From Hormiphora californensis (taxonomy: Eukaryota; Animalia; Ctenophora), in contig CM035352.1 of the NCBI GenBank assembly GCA_020137815.1, positions 7,874,001 through 7,938,000 of the forward strand: a stretch of DNA of 64,000 nt. The letters are read 5' to 3'. The first letter of the stretch is position 1. Each line of letters opens with the position of its first letter. This document shows, piece by piece, positions 50,501-60,800 of this stretch. Made by a program: the position numbers and the translations under genes. The notes below the pieces were generated by a model. It was not told the DNA's origin. It ran no database searches and saw only the letters and a list, made by a program, of their open reading frames with translations.

Positions 50501-51552
50501 TCCCTTTCTCGACACTTTTGAACACTGAAAAAAGCAATGTCACTGAATTCAAAGCGAATAAAAGTTTGGCAGATGTTCCTGGACTAAAACTACCTTAAAA
50601 AATACAGTAATAAAATACAGTAATGAAATACAGTAATAGTACCTCCATCGGTGGTATTGGCTTGATGGGCAATCAGAAGTAAGCTAGACAGAATCCACGA
50701 AGTTTTCATGTTTATCAATCGGCGTTGTACAAACGAAATACAGGTGCAGCAGTAAAATATTGTGTCAAGATAGAGAAAAATCGATTAAAGACGAGAATGC
50801 ACTAAGATAATGCCGGTAAAAAGGTTGCCACGAATGACATTGTGCAGCAGCTGGGGTAATCGCTTTCTTTACCCTTCTCATTTCTTCTTCATTGGATGCC
50901 CCATCTTTATAGTATAGTGGTCACGTGTCTTCTCAAAATGATTTAGCAGGGAGAGCTATTTACCTCTATTTGCCTCTAACTGTTAACTGACCCTTCGTCA
51001 GTTCAGAATCTTAGTGAATGAGAGCTAGAAAATCATTTCTTGTCATTTGTCAGAGAGGGGCCATTTCTCCATTTTTCTTTTTATCACGAGGGTAGGCAGC
51101 AAACTTTGCCCCCCCCCCCCCACTTTGCTTCATCCCCTCAGCAGCGGCCGTAAAACAACCTTGCCAAACGGGAGCCGAAAAGTACAGTAGTATAGACTAG
51201 CGGCATCCATTTGGGTATAAAGTTAAAGAATTTACACGTTTGGGAACTGAAAAATTTCCAGTCGATATCTTAGCATATTTTTAGTACTTAAGGTCTTTTT
51301 TGTTTCTGTTGTTGTGGAATAGCAAGACTCCTATATAATTTCTCCTCGTTTTCAGGATTAACGCCTCAAAATATCACTTTACCCACCCCCACCCCACCTA
51401 CTTTACCCACTTTACCCACCCCACCCCCACCCACTTTACCCACCCACCTCTTTCAGGACAACGGTGGAATGAGGACTGAGAGTTTCGAGGGGAGGCTGAG
51501 CTCCTGTCACACACTAACAAACACTGCCAAGGAAAAGACTATAAAATGTTGA
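40139..51552 (+). CDS. Secreted type-B carboxylesterase / cholinesterase-family protein (multi-exon)
   Basis: Signal-peptide exon 40139-40221 (MSLFSLLLVLLGVVVPGSES). Motifs GIPYAEPP, SEDCLYLNIF, VYIHGGSF, NYRLG, FGGD..NVTLLGESAGG (catalytic Ser), ANEG (Glu) and GTLHGFDLAFIFG (His). Last exon 51457-51552. Confidence 0.9.
43214..44596. mobile_element. Foldback MITE with TTAA TSD and GG termini (Kolobok-like)
   Basis: TTAA|GGGTACGCTAACCAAAA ... TTTGGTTAGCGTACCC|TTAA with inverted arms of about 600 bp. Confidence 0.85.
45236..47706. mobile_element. Non-autonomous piggyBac-like element (TTAA TSD, CCC...GGG ends) carrying a nested foldback
   Basis: TTAA|CCCTTTAAGGACGA ... TCGCCCTCAAAGGG|TTAA. Confidence 0.75.
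45393..47332. mobile_element. Large foldback element (inverted arms of about 830 bp), related to the 32519-34048 family
   Basis: AGGGAATTCTAGTAAC ... GTTACTAGAATTCCCT. It shares the CATTAGTGGGGGTAG and GATAATTGGATAATTAG motifs with 33290-33360. Identical ORFs on both strands reflect the palindrome. Confidence 0.85.
48608..48730. repeat. (GTTT)n microsatellite at an intron 5' end
   Basis: About 30 perfect copies. Confidence 0.95.
49807..50709 (-). CDS. Nested secreted protein with a C-terminal sushi/CCP domain (frameshifts in exon 2)
   Basis: Signal exon 50709-50643 (MKTRGFCLAYFLIAHQANTTDG), exon 50524-50112, and an exon from 50015 encoding C..LTVGCEEGYTLAGSATLTCDGDQLDWSGEEPVC (sushi). Confidence 0.6.
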
Positions 51553-51643
51553 ACTGGTTTATACCGTGTGTGTGATTTATTGTACACCATCATGTCTTAG
51601 AGTTACGAATGATGAATACTTGCCTTTTTCCAGTGCTAAAATA

Positions 51644-51827
51644 ATTGCCAATTTCACCATCGGACACACATTGTACAGTGTAAAGTGAGCGCGCGCGGAC
51701 CGCCGAACGTGATTCAGGGAGCTCTCTCGCGCGGTAATGTTTGACCACGCGCGCGGCACCTCTCTGTTTCTGAAAAGTTGAGCGCTGAAAAGGGCCAGCG
51801 TGTGTGTCGGAAGGTGAAATTGGTAAT
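51644..51827. mobile_element. Small palindromic MITE-like element
   Basis: ATTGCCAATTTCACCATCGGACACAC ... GTGTGTCGGAAGGTGAAATTGGTAAT inverted ends. Confidence 0.5.
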
Positions 51828-52031
51828 TCCGGGGACAATAAGAACGGGTTATTTAGCTTAGCTAAAACAGAGATAGAGGTATAGCATATTAAACACAGTC
51901 AAATGATCTTCTTTTGACATGGCGATATAGCTACCGATCAACGGTTACAATTCACAGCTATTATCTGACTCTAGTATTCTGCTCTATCTGTCCGGTTAAC
52001 ACAGTCTTATAAAACAAACAGATCTGGCCTC

Positions 52032-52753
52032 TCATTTCTGTAGGACAAACTGATCAATGAATTCCTGTTGCTCAGCTTCAGCCTTCTCCAAACTCTGTAA
52101 CTGAATTCTATATCGCTCTAGCTGGGTCCGCTTTTCATGGATTAGTCCGATTAGTTGCTGCTGCTGACTTTCTCTCTGCTTAGCCATGCTCTTCAATAGA
52201 TTCCTTGCTCCGATAGCCTGAGGAAAATATCAAGTTTCAGCCGTGAGATGACTCATTGGGCAAGAGAACAGTTTGGATTAGGGTTCAATGAGTGACTCCT
52301 ATCCATACCAGACTCCAGTCGGTCGGAATGATGCTCTAAACTTGACCACAATAAAACAAGTTGCTCACCTTCAACTTTTCCCGCTCTACTTCGGAGGAAA
52401 GGCCATCCATCAGCTCAATAAAACCATTCACTATCTGCTGGAAATCATCTATCTCTGAAAAAAAAGAGAGCTTAAATATAGATTGCAGTTCCTTTCTAAC
52501 AGCTATCTGAACCTCTCAGAGTAAAAGAGTCCTTAAAATCTTTAGAACCATCAATCAATCAACAGACAAGATTCCCCGGCCCCCAGACAACTCCCGATCC
52601 CTCCAGCCCCCGGCCTCCAAATAACAACTTACTGTCTACGAATTCCTTGCACTCCTCCCTTAGCTGGAGGGTTTTGGTGCCAGTCTCGTTATCTAACACT
52701 CTAATCTTGTTGATGTCGTCAATATCGAACCCATAGTTATCATCAAGTGCCAT
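52032..52753 (-). CDS. IFT20: Intraflagellar transport protein 20 (3 exons)
   Basis: [31 protein letters not shown]|[24 protein letters not shown]|[56 protein letters not shown]. Confidence 0.95.
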
Positions 52754-53227
52754 GGTCTAACTAATGGTATTGGTATTGGTTGTTAGTAAATAGTAACAAT
52801 GTTACTCAACAAGGTATTGGTTAGTAGTGACGTCATATATTTAGGTTGTAATAACATTTTATTGGGGAATATTGTTTTGTTCAAACAGGGTCGAGTAAAG
52901 GGGAATAGAAGCGCATCCAATATTAAAGAAAGACAAAGTAAAATCTTGTGAAGTAGAACATACCAATTACACACACACAGACTATCTGTGACACACGACA
53001 CGCACTATTATATTTTAACATCAAGAAGAAGTCGTTTTTACAGCCCCTCGTAAACCATATTAAACCAGTTAAAGATCTGTTACAGAAAGAGTTTATAAGT
53101 CCACAGTTCTAGACTGTAACAGGGGATTAAGAAGTAAGAGAGACCGAAGTAAGGTATAAATCTGAAGGTACACCCCTAAAAATGAGAACCAATGCCATAC
53201 CATTCCGCCAAATATCAAAATACCGGA

Positions 53228-56200
53228 TTAAACAAGAAGAGATTTTAGTAGAACATTTGTGAGAGGGGTCGATGAAGAGGGTAGGAAGGAGCAGGCCTTG
53301 TCTTCGTTTTGGTAGCTGGAGTTCATCTCTCTCCACTTCCACTCTGCTACACGCTGTTTTAGTCCATCATTCGTTGCCTGGAGAACATCAAGGAGTAGTA
53401 ATAAATGGGTATCTTCTTTAGAACACATATGCTCAAGCGCTAATGACTAGGCTAAAAGATTCATCAATATGCGATCTAAGTTTACTGTTCAAGAATAAAA
53501 CATCGTCTGTCTGGCGACACAAGACCCCGATTTGATTCTGAGCTCCCAGATGTGGTCTGCCGCGCCAGACAGTACATCGTAATCACCTGCTTTTCATTCG
53601 CACACTACTGTCAACATCTCGGATAGGAAGAGTTATCCACTCATTACAACTTCCTCTTCGTGATCTTGGAGCAGAGATAGAGCGGACAAACCCACAGTCT
53701 GTCTCAATCCTCAGACTATCTGACTCTTCTTTTTGTTTCTGAAATAGGTGAATGATAAACATGAATTTTGTAGACTAGAACTGGGGATGAAGTATTTCAA
53801 TGTTTGATCGATGAACGAACCAGTTTCGTAGGGTCATTAACAGGAACTACAGTCCGAATATTCCTTCGCTGAAGACACAATGGGTCATATTCATCACTGC
53901 TTATAACATCCAAGAACAGAGGACCTTTGCAGTTCGATGCAGTCAGGTATCGACTAAACAGTTTCCTCTTTTCGGAGTCAAATCTTCGGTATTGAGGTCC
54001 GGACAGTTTCGACTGAATTTCACTCTAAGGGGGGTTGGGAGTTAGTGGAAGGGAAGGGAGGGCCGAATTATACCCCATTAGAGCTCTGTTTCATTGCATC
54101 ACATGGGACTGGGAGTGCGAATTGACACTTGTGATATTTCCCTGTGTCGTTACTAGGGCGACGCGCAGTGTAGCCGCGCGTTTACACAAAACTCGCGCTT
54201 TTATCCCCTACTGAGGAGGGTCGCGCCGTACACACCTGTACCCTGTTATAAACGGAATCCTCCCATCTTGAGTAAAGCGATTGGTACTTGATCCGCCGAT
54301 CTAGCTGATTCTTCAGAAGCTGATCTTCCAAGTCCTGAAATAAGAGAGACTCAGGTAATTTGCCTAGCTCAACCCCCTTTACGCGAAATTCTCTTACAAA
54401 TATAAAGGAGGGTTAGAACCCCTCTTATCTTCCCCTTATTGATTGTTGCATGTCATAGGGGAAGAGGCACATAGGTCCGATGCTGAGTAATGACAGAACA
54501 CCTAGGGGTGGTTAACCACGAGTCCTAAAAAGACTGGCTGTATTTTATGTACGGTGGCAAACGTGGGCTAAAGTGTGTAGTGAACCACTGAGCATGCACC
54601 ACTCTGCCTTCTATAGGCTTAGTGGAACAAACCAGTGGTAAATTATGCACTCAGAGTCCTTCAGTTCAACTCCTATTATATGTTGTCCTGGCTAACTCTA
54701 GAGAGATCCAGCCGTCCCGGAGTGGTGATCCGGACGGGGTAACCGCAACCAAAGAAAAACAATATGAACAAAGTTATACACAGAACACGCATAGGCACTT
54801 TCAACTGCAGAACACTCCGAACAGCTGACAAAGTCAGCGAGCTGGCTTATCAATTCTCTAAACATGGTATTGGTCTTTTGGGTATTCAGGAGCACCGAAT
54901 TGTCCATCCAGAGACTGTTAAGAGAACCCAGGCTGGGCCAGACTCAATCCTATTAACATCGACAGCCTGGCGGAATAGTATGGGAGCGTCTGTAGGAGGG
55001 GTCGGAATCTTAATGGGGACCAATGCATCGAAGCTCATTGTTGAGACAAGAGTGGTTTCTAATCGGATCCTGGCCGTTACCTTCGCCGGCAATCCCAAGC
55101 TGACGCTTGTTTCCGTTTACTCCCCGACAGAGGGTGCCGATTTTGATGAAGTTGAACAGTTCCACAACGAGCTAAGAGAATACCTACACGAAGTACCTGC
55201 TCACAATCTCCTGATTGTTTGTGGTGACTTCAACGCTCGCCTTGGTTGGGAAGGAACTGCCTCTGGATGGTACTATCACCGTACCACCAGCCGTAACGGT
55301 GTCCTTCTGAAGGAAACTATGGAGGAAACCAACTTGGAGGCCACCAACATTAGATTCCGGAAGAAGAAGAGTCGTTTGTGGACATTCCTGTCGGACGGGA
55401 CACAGCGGAAAGCTACCCTTGACTATATACTTATCAGGAGAAAGTGGAGGAACAGTATTAAAGACACCACGACGTCCGAGGCGCTAAGCTCCCTTGGATC
55501 AGATCACCGGTTGCTGATTGCCAAGGTCAAACTCACTCTACGAAAGAGGAAGACCTTGCCAGGAAGAACGAATCCTGATTATGGCCCCCTCAGAACCGAC
55601 CCGGATCTGAGGGATCGTTTTACTGTTGAGGTTCAAAACCGATTTTCCTGCCTAACATCTGATGCTGAAGATGAACCAACTACTAACTATGGTCACTTCA
55701 TTAAAGCAATACAGGAAACGAGTAAAGCTCTCCTTGGGAAGAAGCGGAAACGTCTGAAAGACGTTGTGGCAGAGGACTATAGAGTTAAGCGAGTGAGAAC
55801 AGAGTTGGAGTGTGCCAGTAAGGAGTACCACGATGCACCAGACGAGGAGACGAGGACTAGAGTAAATAGGGCGAAGGAAGAGTTATCGGGGGCCTATGGA
55901 CAAGTTGAGTCGGAGATTATTGAGGGTAAGATCAGGAGGGTAGAGGATGCTGCTAGGAATGCTAAGTCACGAGAAGTTTGGAGGATAGTTAATGAGGTCT
56001 CTGGTAGAAATCTGAGGACAGCTAGTCAGTTGGAGGGGGGCTCGCCGGAAGAGAGGAATGATATATGGTTGAATCACTTCCGAACCCTACTAGGGTCTGC
56101 ACCATCAGGGTCATCAGACACGGAAGTCGAACAGCTCTTCCCCCCGGCGGATATCTTCACTGGTAGCTTCACTCTTGAGGAATATCAGAGGGCCAAGAAG

Positions 56201-58267
56201 AGGATTAAGGAGGGGAAGGCTTATGGGGATGACAGCATCTCTCCTGAGGTTCTAAAGAGGTGTGATCTGGATGAGATAGTGCTGGGTTTTTGTAACGGTG
56301 CATTAGAAGGTAAGGGTATCCCAGAACAATGGACAGTCAGTAATATCATCCCTGTCCCGAAGAAAGGTGATCTTTCCAAGCCTGGGAACTACCGTGGTAT
56401 TGCACTGACTTCAATCGTCGCAAAGACATTGAACAGGATGCTACTACATCGCATCCGGCCCTATGTCGAGACAAAGCTTCTCGACTCCCAGAACGGATTC
56501 CGGGAGGGGCGCTCAACCACCAGTCACATCCTGACGCTGAGGAGGATACTAGAAGGTGCGAGGAGGAAACAGCTTCCGGTAGCCATGGCTTTCATCGACT
56601 TCGTTAAAGCATTTGATAGTATCAACCGATCAAGCCTGATGAAGATCCTGAGAGCATATGGTATACCGGATGCTATCGTAGACCTTATCCAATGGCTTTA
56701 CACTAACACTAAAGCACAGGTCTTAACAGCTGACGGCCTCACTGCTATCTTTGAGATCGTGGCTGGTGTCTTACAAGGCGACACCTTAGCCCCATATCTC
56801 TTTATCATAGTACTGGATTACTGTCTACGGATAGCACTCAGCAGACACCCGGAGATCGGTTTTACTCTGAGACCTGCTAGGAGTAGAAGAGTTGGGGCAT
56901 CTAGAATTACAGACACTGGCTTTGCAGACGATGTGGCCCTGCTGGCAAACTCGGTTGAGGAGTTAGGAGTTGTATTACGTGAGGTTGAGACGGTGTGTAA
57001 GGAGGTTGGTCTGGCTATTAACCAGAACAAAACGGAGCTCATAGTGGAGAACATCCCTGATCCAGAGCCGCTCCTTACCTGTGACGGACACACGATCAAA
57101 AGAGCAGATGACTTCAAATATCTTGGATCGTGGATCAGAGATTCCAATAAGGACATCAAGAACCGGAAGAGCAAAGCATGGGTTGCCTGCCACGGATTGA
57201 AGAAAGTCTGGAACTCGGATCTGAACGACGAACTAAAGTGCAGGTTATTTGTTGCTACTGTCGAAACCGTCCTCCTCTATGGCTGTGAAACATGGTCCCT
57301 TACCAAGCAAATGGAGAAGAGCCTTAATGGAACCTACACTAGGATGCTGAGAATGGCGCTCAACAAGAACCAGTGGCAACTCCGTATGACCAATGGAACG
57401 TTGTATGGTATTGGAGGGTTACCAATTCTCAGCACTAAAATAGCAGAACGCAGACTACGTCTAGCCGGTCATGCCCAACGCCATCCTGAGCTGACCCTCC
57501 ACAAAGTCCTTCTTTGGGAACCGCTCCATGGTCAAGCCAAACGTGGCAGGCCTACGAAAACCTTTGTGGACGTTTTACGGCAAGATACGGGTCTGGGTGA
57601 CGTGAAGGAGATAGCCTCAGTGATGGAAGAACGTGATGCGTGGAGAAAACTTGTTCAAGGCGTTCGGGAATTCCACCCGCCTTAAGTCAAAAAGTCAAGT
57701 AGAACATACTGCACTGACTGCACTGGCTGTATAATTGGATCACATTGCATTATTATTAGGACCAAGGGGGGGGGGGGGTCGATCCTTTTTGATGTGTTTC
57801 TAAATTTGTACTGGGTCTAAATAGCCAGTATTTCATATTTGGGCAGGGAAATACATTGCATACCCACCAGATACATAATAATTATACCTTAACGAGAGTG
57901 TTCTCAGTTTCTGAGAGTTCCCTATAACGCCGCTCATTGCATAGCACCTGCTTATAGCACTCCTTTTCTATAACTTCCGTCTAGGGGGAGAGAGGTGGAG
58001 TGAGGGGGCCAGGGGCTAATGATCAACACGCATTGAATCTACTTGCTGGAAAATTATCAACTGGGTAATTTTGTGAATCATACCAAAAGTAAAACTTACA
58101 GCAATTTTACTAGCTTCAGTATTCTGAAAAGCGTGAATTAGAAGTGGTGGTTTATTCTGTCCATTCTTTTCGCTTCCTCTCTTCCTCTCAGTGGTAGGTT
58201 TCTGACGACTCATGGCATCGGTTAGCAGCATGTTGATAGTGTGGGGCTTGTGTACCTCTATACTCAT
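53228..58267 (-). CDS. FAM228-like protein (multi-exon; RTE in an intron; ends approximate)
   Basis: Exons translate to ..ETENTLVK|DLEDQLLKNQLDRRIKYQSLYSRWEDSVYNR..KRKLFSRYLTASNCKGPLFLDVISSDEYDPL..DPTK..WITLPIRDVDSSVRMKSR. This matches my recollection of the FAM228 pattern (W..NV, F.D....EYDP, W...P....S..R..SR). Confidence 0.55.
54420..57699 (+). mobile_element. Full-length single-ORF RTE-clade LINE
   Basis: Intact ORF, AAGTC-repeat tail directly after the stop, and candidate TSD TAGAAC at 54414-54419 and 57700-57705. Confidence 0.85.
54764..57685 (+). CDS. RTE-type APE endonuclease + reverse transcriptase (973 aa)
   Basis: IGTFNCRTL, IQEHR, YSPT, GDFNA, LDYIL and SDH (APE); NYRGIAL, QNGFR, FIDFVKAFDS, GVLQGDTLAP and FADD (RT); RRLRLAGH..RGRP C-terminus typical of RTE. 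Confidence 0.95.
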   Translation: MNKVIHRTRIGTFNCRTLRTADKVSELAYQFSKHGIGLLGIQEHRIVHPETVKRTQAGPDSILLTSTAWRNSMGASVGGVGILMGTNASKLIVETRVVSNRILAVTFAGNPKLTLVSVYSPTEGADFDEVEQFHNELREYLHEVPAHNLLIVCGDFNARLGWEGTASGWYYHRTTSRNGVLLKETMEETNLEATNIRFRKKKSRLWTFLSDGTQRKATLDYILIRRKWRNSIKDTTTSEALSSLGSDHRLLIAKVKLTLRKRKTLPGRTNPDYGPLRTDPDLRDRFTVEVQNRFSCLTSDAEDEPTTNYGHFIKAIQETSKALLGKKRKRLKDVVAEDYRVKRVRTELECASKEYHDAPDEETRTRVNRAKEELSGAYGQVESEIIEGKIRRVEDAARNAKSREVWRIVNEVSGRNLRTASQLEGGSPEERNDIWLNHFRTLLGSAPSGSSDTEVEQLFPPADIFTGSFTLEEYQRAKKRIKEGKAYGDDSISPEVLKRCDLDEIVLGFCNGALEGKGIPEQWTVSNIIPVPKKGDLSKPGNYRGIALTSIVAKTLNRMLLHRIRPYVETKLLDSQNGFREGRSTTSHILTLRRILEGARRKQLPVAMAFIDFVKAFDSINRSSLMKILRAYGIPDAIVDLIQWLYTNTKAQVLTADGLTAIFEIVAGVLQGDTLAPYLFIIVLDYCLRIALSRHPEIGFTLRPARSRRVGASRITDTGFADDVALLANSVEELGVVLREVETVCKEVGLAINQNKTELIVENIPDPEPLLTCDGHTIKRADDFKYLGSWIRDSNKDIKNRKSKAWVACHGLKKVWNSDLNDELKCRLFVATVETVLLYGCETWSLTKQMEKSLNGTYTRMLRMALNKNQWQLRMTNGTLYGIGGLPILSTKIAERRLRLAGHAQRHPELTLHKVLLWEPLHGQAKRGRPTKTFVDVLRQDTGLGDVKEIASVMEERDAWRKLVQGVREFHPP

Positions 58268-59109
58268 CGTCTAGAGAGAGAGAGGGAGAGAGAAGTGAAG
58301 GTGATATAGTACACTTGGTCTAGATAGATAGAGATAAGTAGAGGTAGGTCATGGAGTTGGTAGGGTGAAGGGAGAGGGTAGAGATTTAAAATGTGATATA
58401 AAAAGAGATGTGTGAAGCGAAAGAGAGCTGGTAGAGAGCTAGAGAGAAGGGATATATTGGATTGAAAATACATATTTTGTTGTTGAGCTGTGTCTTTGAT
58501 CAATAAAGCATCGCTAACTTAAAATCTTATACACATTTTATACATCGTTGTCTTTACGCAATTTTGGCAATAGAAACACAACAAAACTGTAAAAAAAGAT
58601 CGTCCGCAAATTGGATTCGTCTCTCCATACCTCACTTCCACACAATTCAAAAACAAAAAATTATTCTTTCCCTTCGCATCATCGTATTCTAAGGAGAGAA
58701 TCGAACGACACAACAAACTTATGCGGAAAACAAAATTAGCGATCAGCCGTGGTTGCGATCTTCGGATCTTCAGAGGGCAAATAACCAATAACTCATAGCA
58801 GATAGGGTTTCACAATTCATAATATTTAGGCAATAGGCTGGTATACACATTTCATAATGGATAGTTTTATCTGCACTTTTAATCAATGGACATGCTTTTA
58901 TCGACTACAAATTGAATATTAGTCAGACTATTCTCAATGTAGTCGGACTATACTATTCTCAATCCTTTAGAACTCATATCTATTGTTTGACTCTAGAATA
59001 ACTCTTTTTAAACTTTGAATATATCCAACTTGCTTGCTACGAACATGTTTTGGACCTATAATTTATTACAGAGAAGCAGGACTGTTGCAGATAAAACCAT
59101 CCACTATTA

Positions 59110-60245
59110 TTACACATCAGCTGTACAATTTACATCTGTCTGACGGCGCCGACCCGATCTGAGTGCAGCGTCGCGTGCTCAGAATCAAAAGGGGTCTGGC
59201 GGCTCCAGACAGATTTACATAAGGTTCATGTTACATAAGGTACATGTTACAATATGAGGTACAAAGGCTACATAAGGTACACATGACTATCAGGTACAAA
59301 GTTACATAAGGTACTGTTGACTGTTATTGTTTCTGTTATTCTCAGTTTCATAACTGCCCCCACTACTCCCTGCACTCCCGTACACCATCCTCCTATTCTC
59401 TAACATCGAGTTTCTGTTCCCAATGGGAGGAAGCCCCGCCGTATCTTCACCCCCAGTTGTCAGTTGGTCTGATTCAAGTTGTTTCTTCCTATTATCCTTC
59501 ATTACCCTCCAATTGTGAAGGAATCTCCGGGATGTATCCGTGATCTCCTTCCCGTCTAGCATTCGCCAAGACTGCTCGTCATCACTATGATCCGATCCCG
59601 GAATTTAGGTTTCCTGCAAACAGGATTTCCGTCGAGTTCGAGTTTCCACAGAGCCGGCAGAGAACCAAAAACCCTGGACTAACTCTTTAGACTGGCAAGC
59701 TTGTTAGTTCTTAGAGTAGAGCTGGGTGAGACTCTTCAGACAAGCCAGATCCTTTATCGAGTCAATCGAGTTGTTACTGATATTTAGGACCATGAAGTGA
59801 CCCTGACAGGACACATGAGAGTTCTAGGATCGAACAACATTTTCTCTCCTTGATGGCAACTGTTGATTCTCAACATGGAGTTCTTTCAGGGAGATACATT
59901 TCTCAAGATTCTCAATTACAATGATGTTAGTTGAAGCCGAGATATAACTTGCTGAGATTAGGGCACCGGTGCAGTCCTTCCAACTTCGTGATGCTGTTAT
60001 TCTGTAGGTATAGGATGAGTGAGGCTGGTGGCAAAGGTGAGGTTCTCTATCTTCTCAATTCGGTTGTCGTAGAGGTACAGAACGGACAAACTGGAGCAAT
60101 CTTGAAGGTTCTCGATTACTGATATACTCTTGTCCTGAAGGTGGACGTGAGTTATCCGCCGGAGAAACTGGGTCAGGGATTCGTCACTCCGTCGAGAAAC
60201 GTGACCCAGACATTTGAGTAACAGTTCGTTTCTTATTCGTGTCAT
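59110..60245 (-). CDS. PPP1R42: Leucine-rich-repeat protein, PPP1R42/LRRC67-like (several 1-nt frameshifts; 3' end approximate)
   Basis: MTRI..LL..DESLTQFLRRITHVHLQDK..IENL..SLSVLYLYDNRI, then in shifted frames LYLQNN, LSKLYLGFN, LKELHVENQQL..GEKMLFDPRT, GNP..KPKFRDRIIV and LDGKEI. Confidence 0.75.
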
Positions 60246-60398
60246 AACAGCTTTGAGTCTGACAAAGATAGGGGGTTTAGAAGGCTGTTATAAGGCAGTG
60301 TGGAGAATGTATAATATCAAAATATCATTATCAGTGTGATCTTCACAGACAATATTGAACTCAGATCAAATGTACAAAACAAAGTAACAATGCAATAT

Positions 60399-60800
60399 TC
60401 ACTTTCCCTTGTCCCTGAAGTAATCAGCAAAAGTCTCGCACGTCTCTACACACACGCTTGGAAACATGTTAGCTGCATATGTTGCCAGAATTACAAGTGT
60501 CGTTGTTTTCACAAGGATAGCCCCACCTCCAGGTCCATCAACCACCCGCCCATAAATACTGTTCTTGTCAGACCTCAAACATTGGTACTCATAACCCGTA
60601 CTACTCAACTGGAACCCCTCATGTCTGAGGACGGTGGGTTCTCGGAATAGTTTTACAATGTAACTGATCTCCTCTGGATCTAGGAGAAAACCGACCGATG
60701 AGGCTCGGAGAGAGGAGTCTTTTCTGCGAATGATAGCAGCGTGTTCAACATGTCCGGAAGCAATGAGTCCGTCTTGAAGAAGTCCTTGGAGGTGATTCAT
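60399..60800 (-). CDS. PFN4: Profilin-4-like protein (intronless ORF, 133 aa)
   Basis: MNHLQGLLQDGLIASGHVEHAAII..YQCLRSDKNSIYG..GAILVKTTTLVILATYAANMFPSVCVETCETFADYFRDKGK fits the profilin-4 pattern. Confidence 0.85.
   Translation of the reverse strand: MNHLQGLLQDGLIASGHVEHAAIIRRKDSSLRASSVGFLLDPEEISYIVKLFREPTVLRHEGFQLSSTGYEYQCLRSDKNSIYGRVVDGPGGGAILVKTTTLVILATYAANMFPSVCVETCETFADYFRDKGK

Noticed and set aside
54466-54580. HDV-like ribozyme in the RTE 5' UTR
   Set aside because: P3, L3 and P1 could not be paired canonically by eye, so it is not called as a feature.
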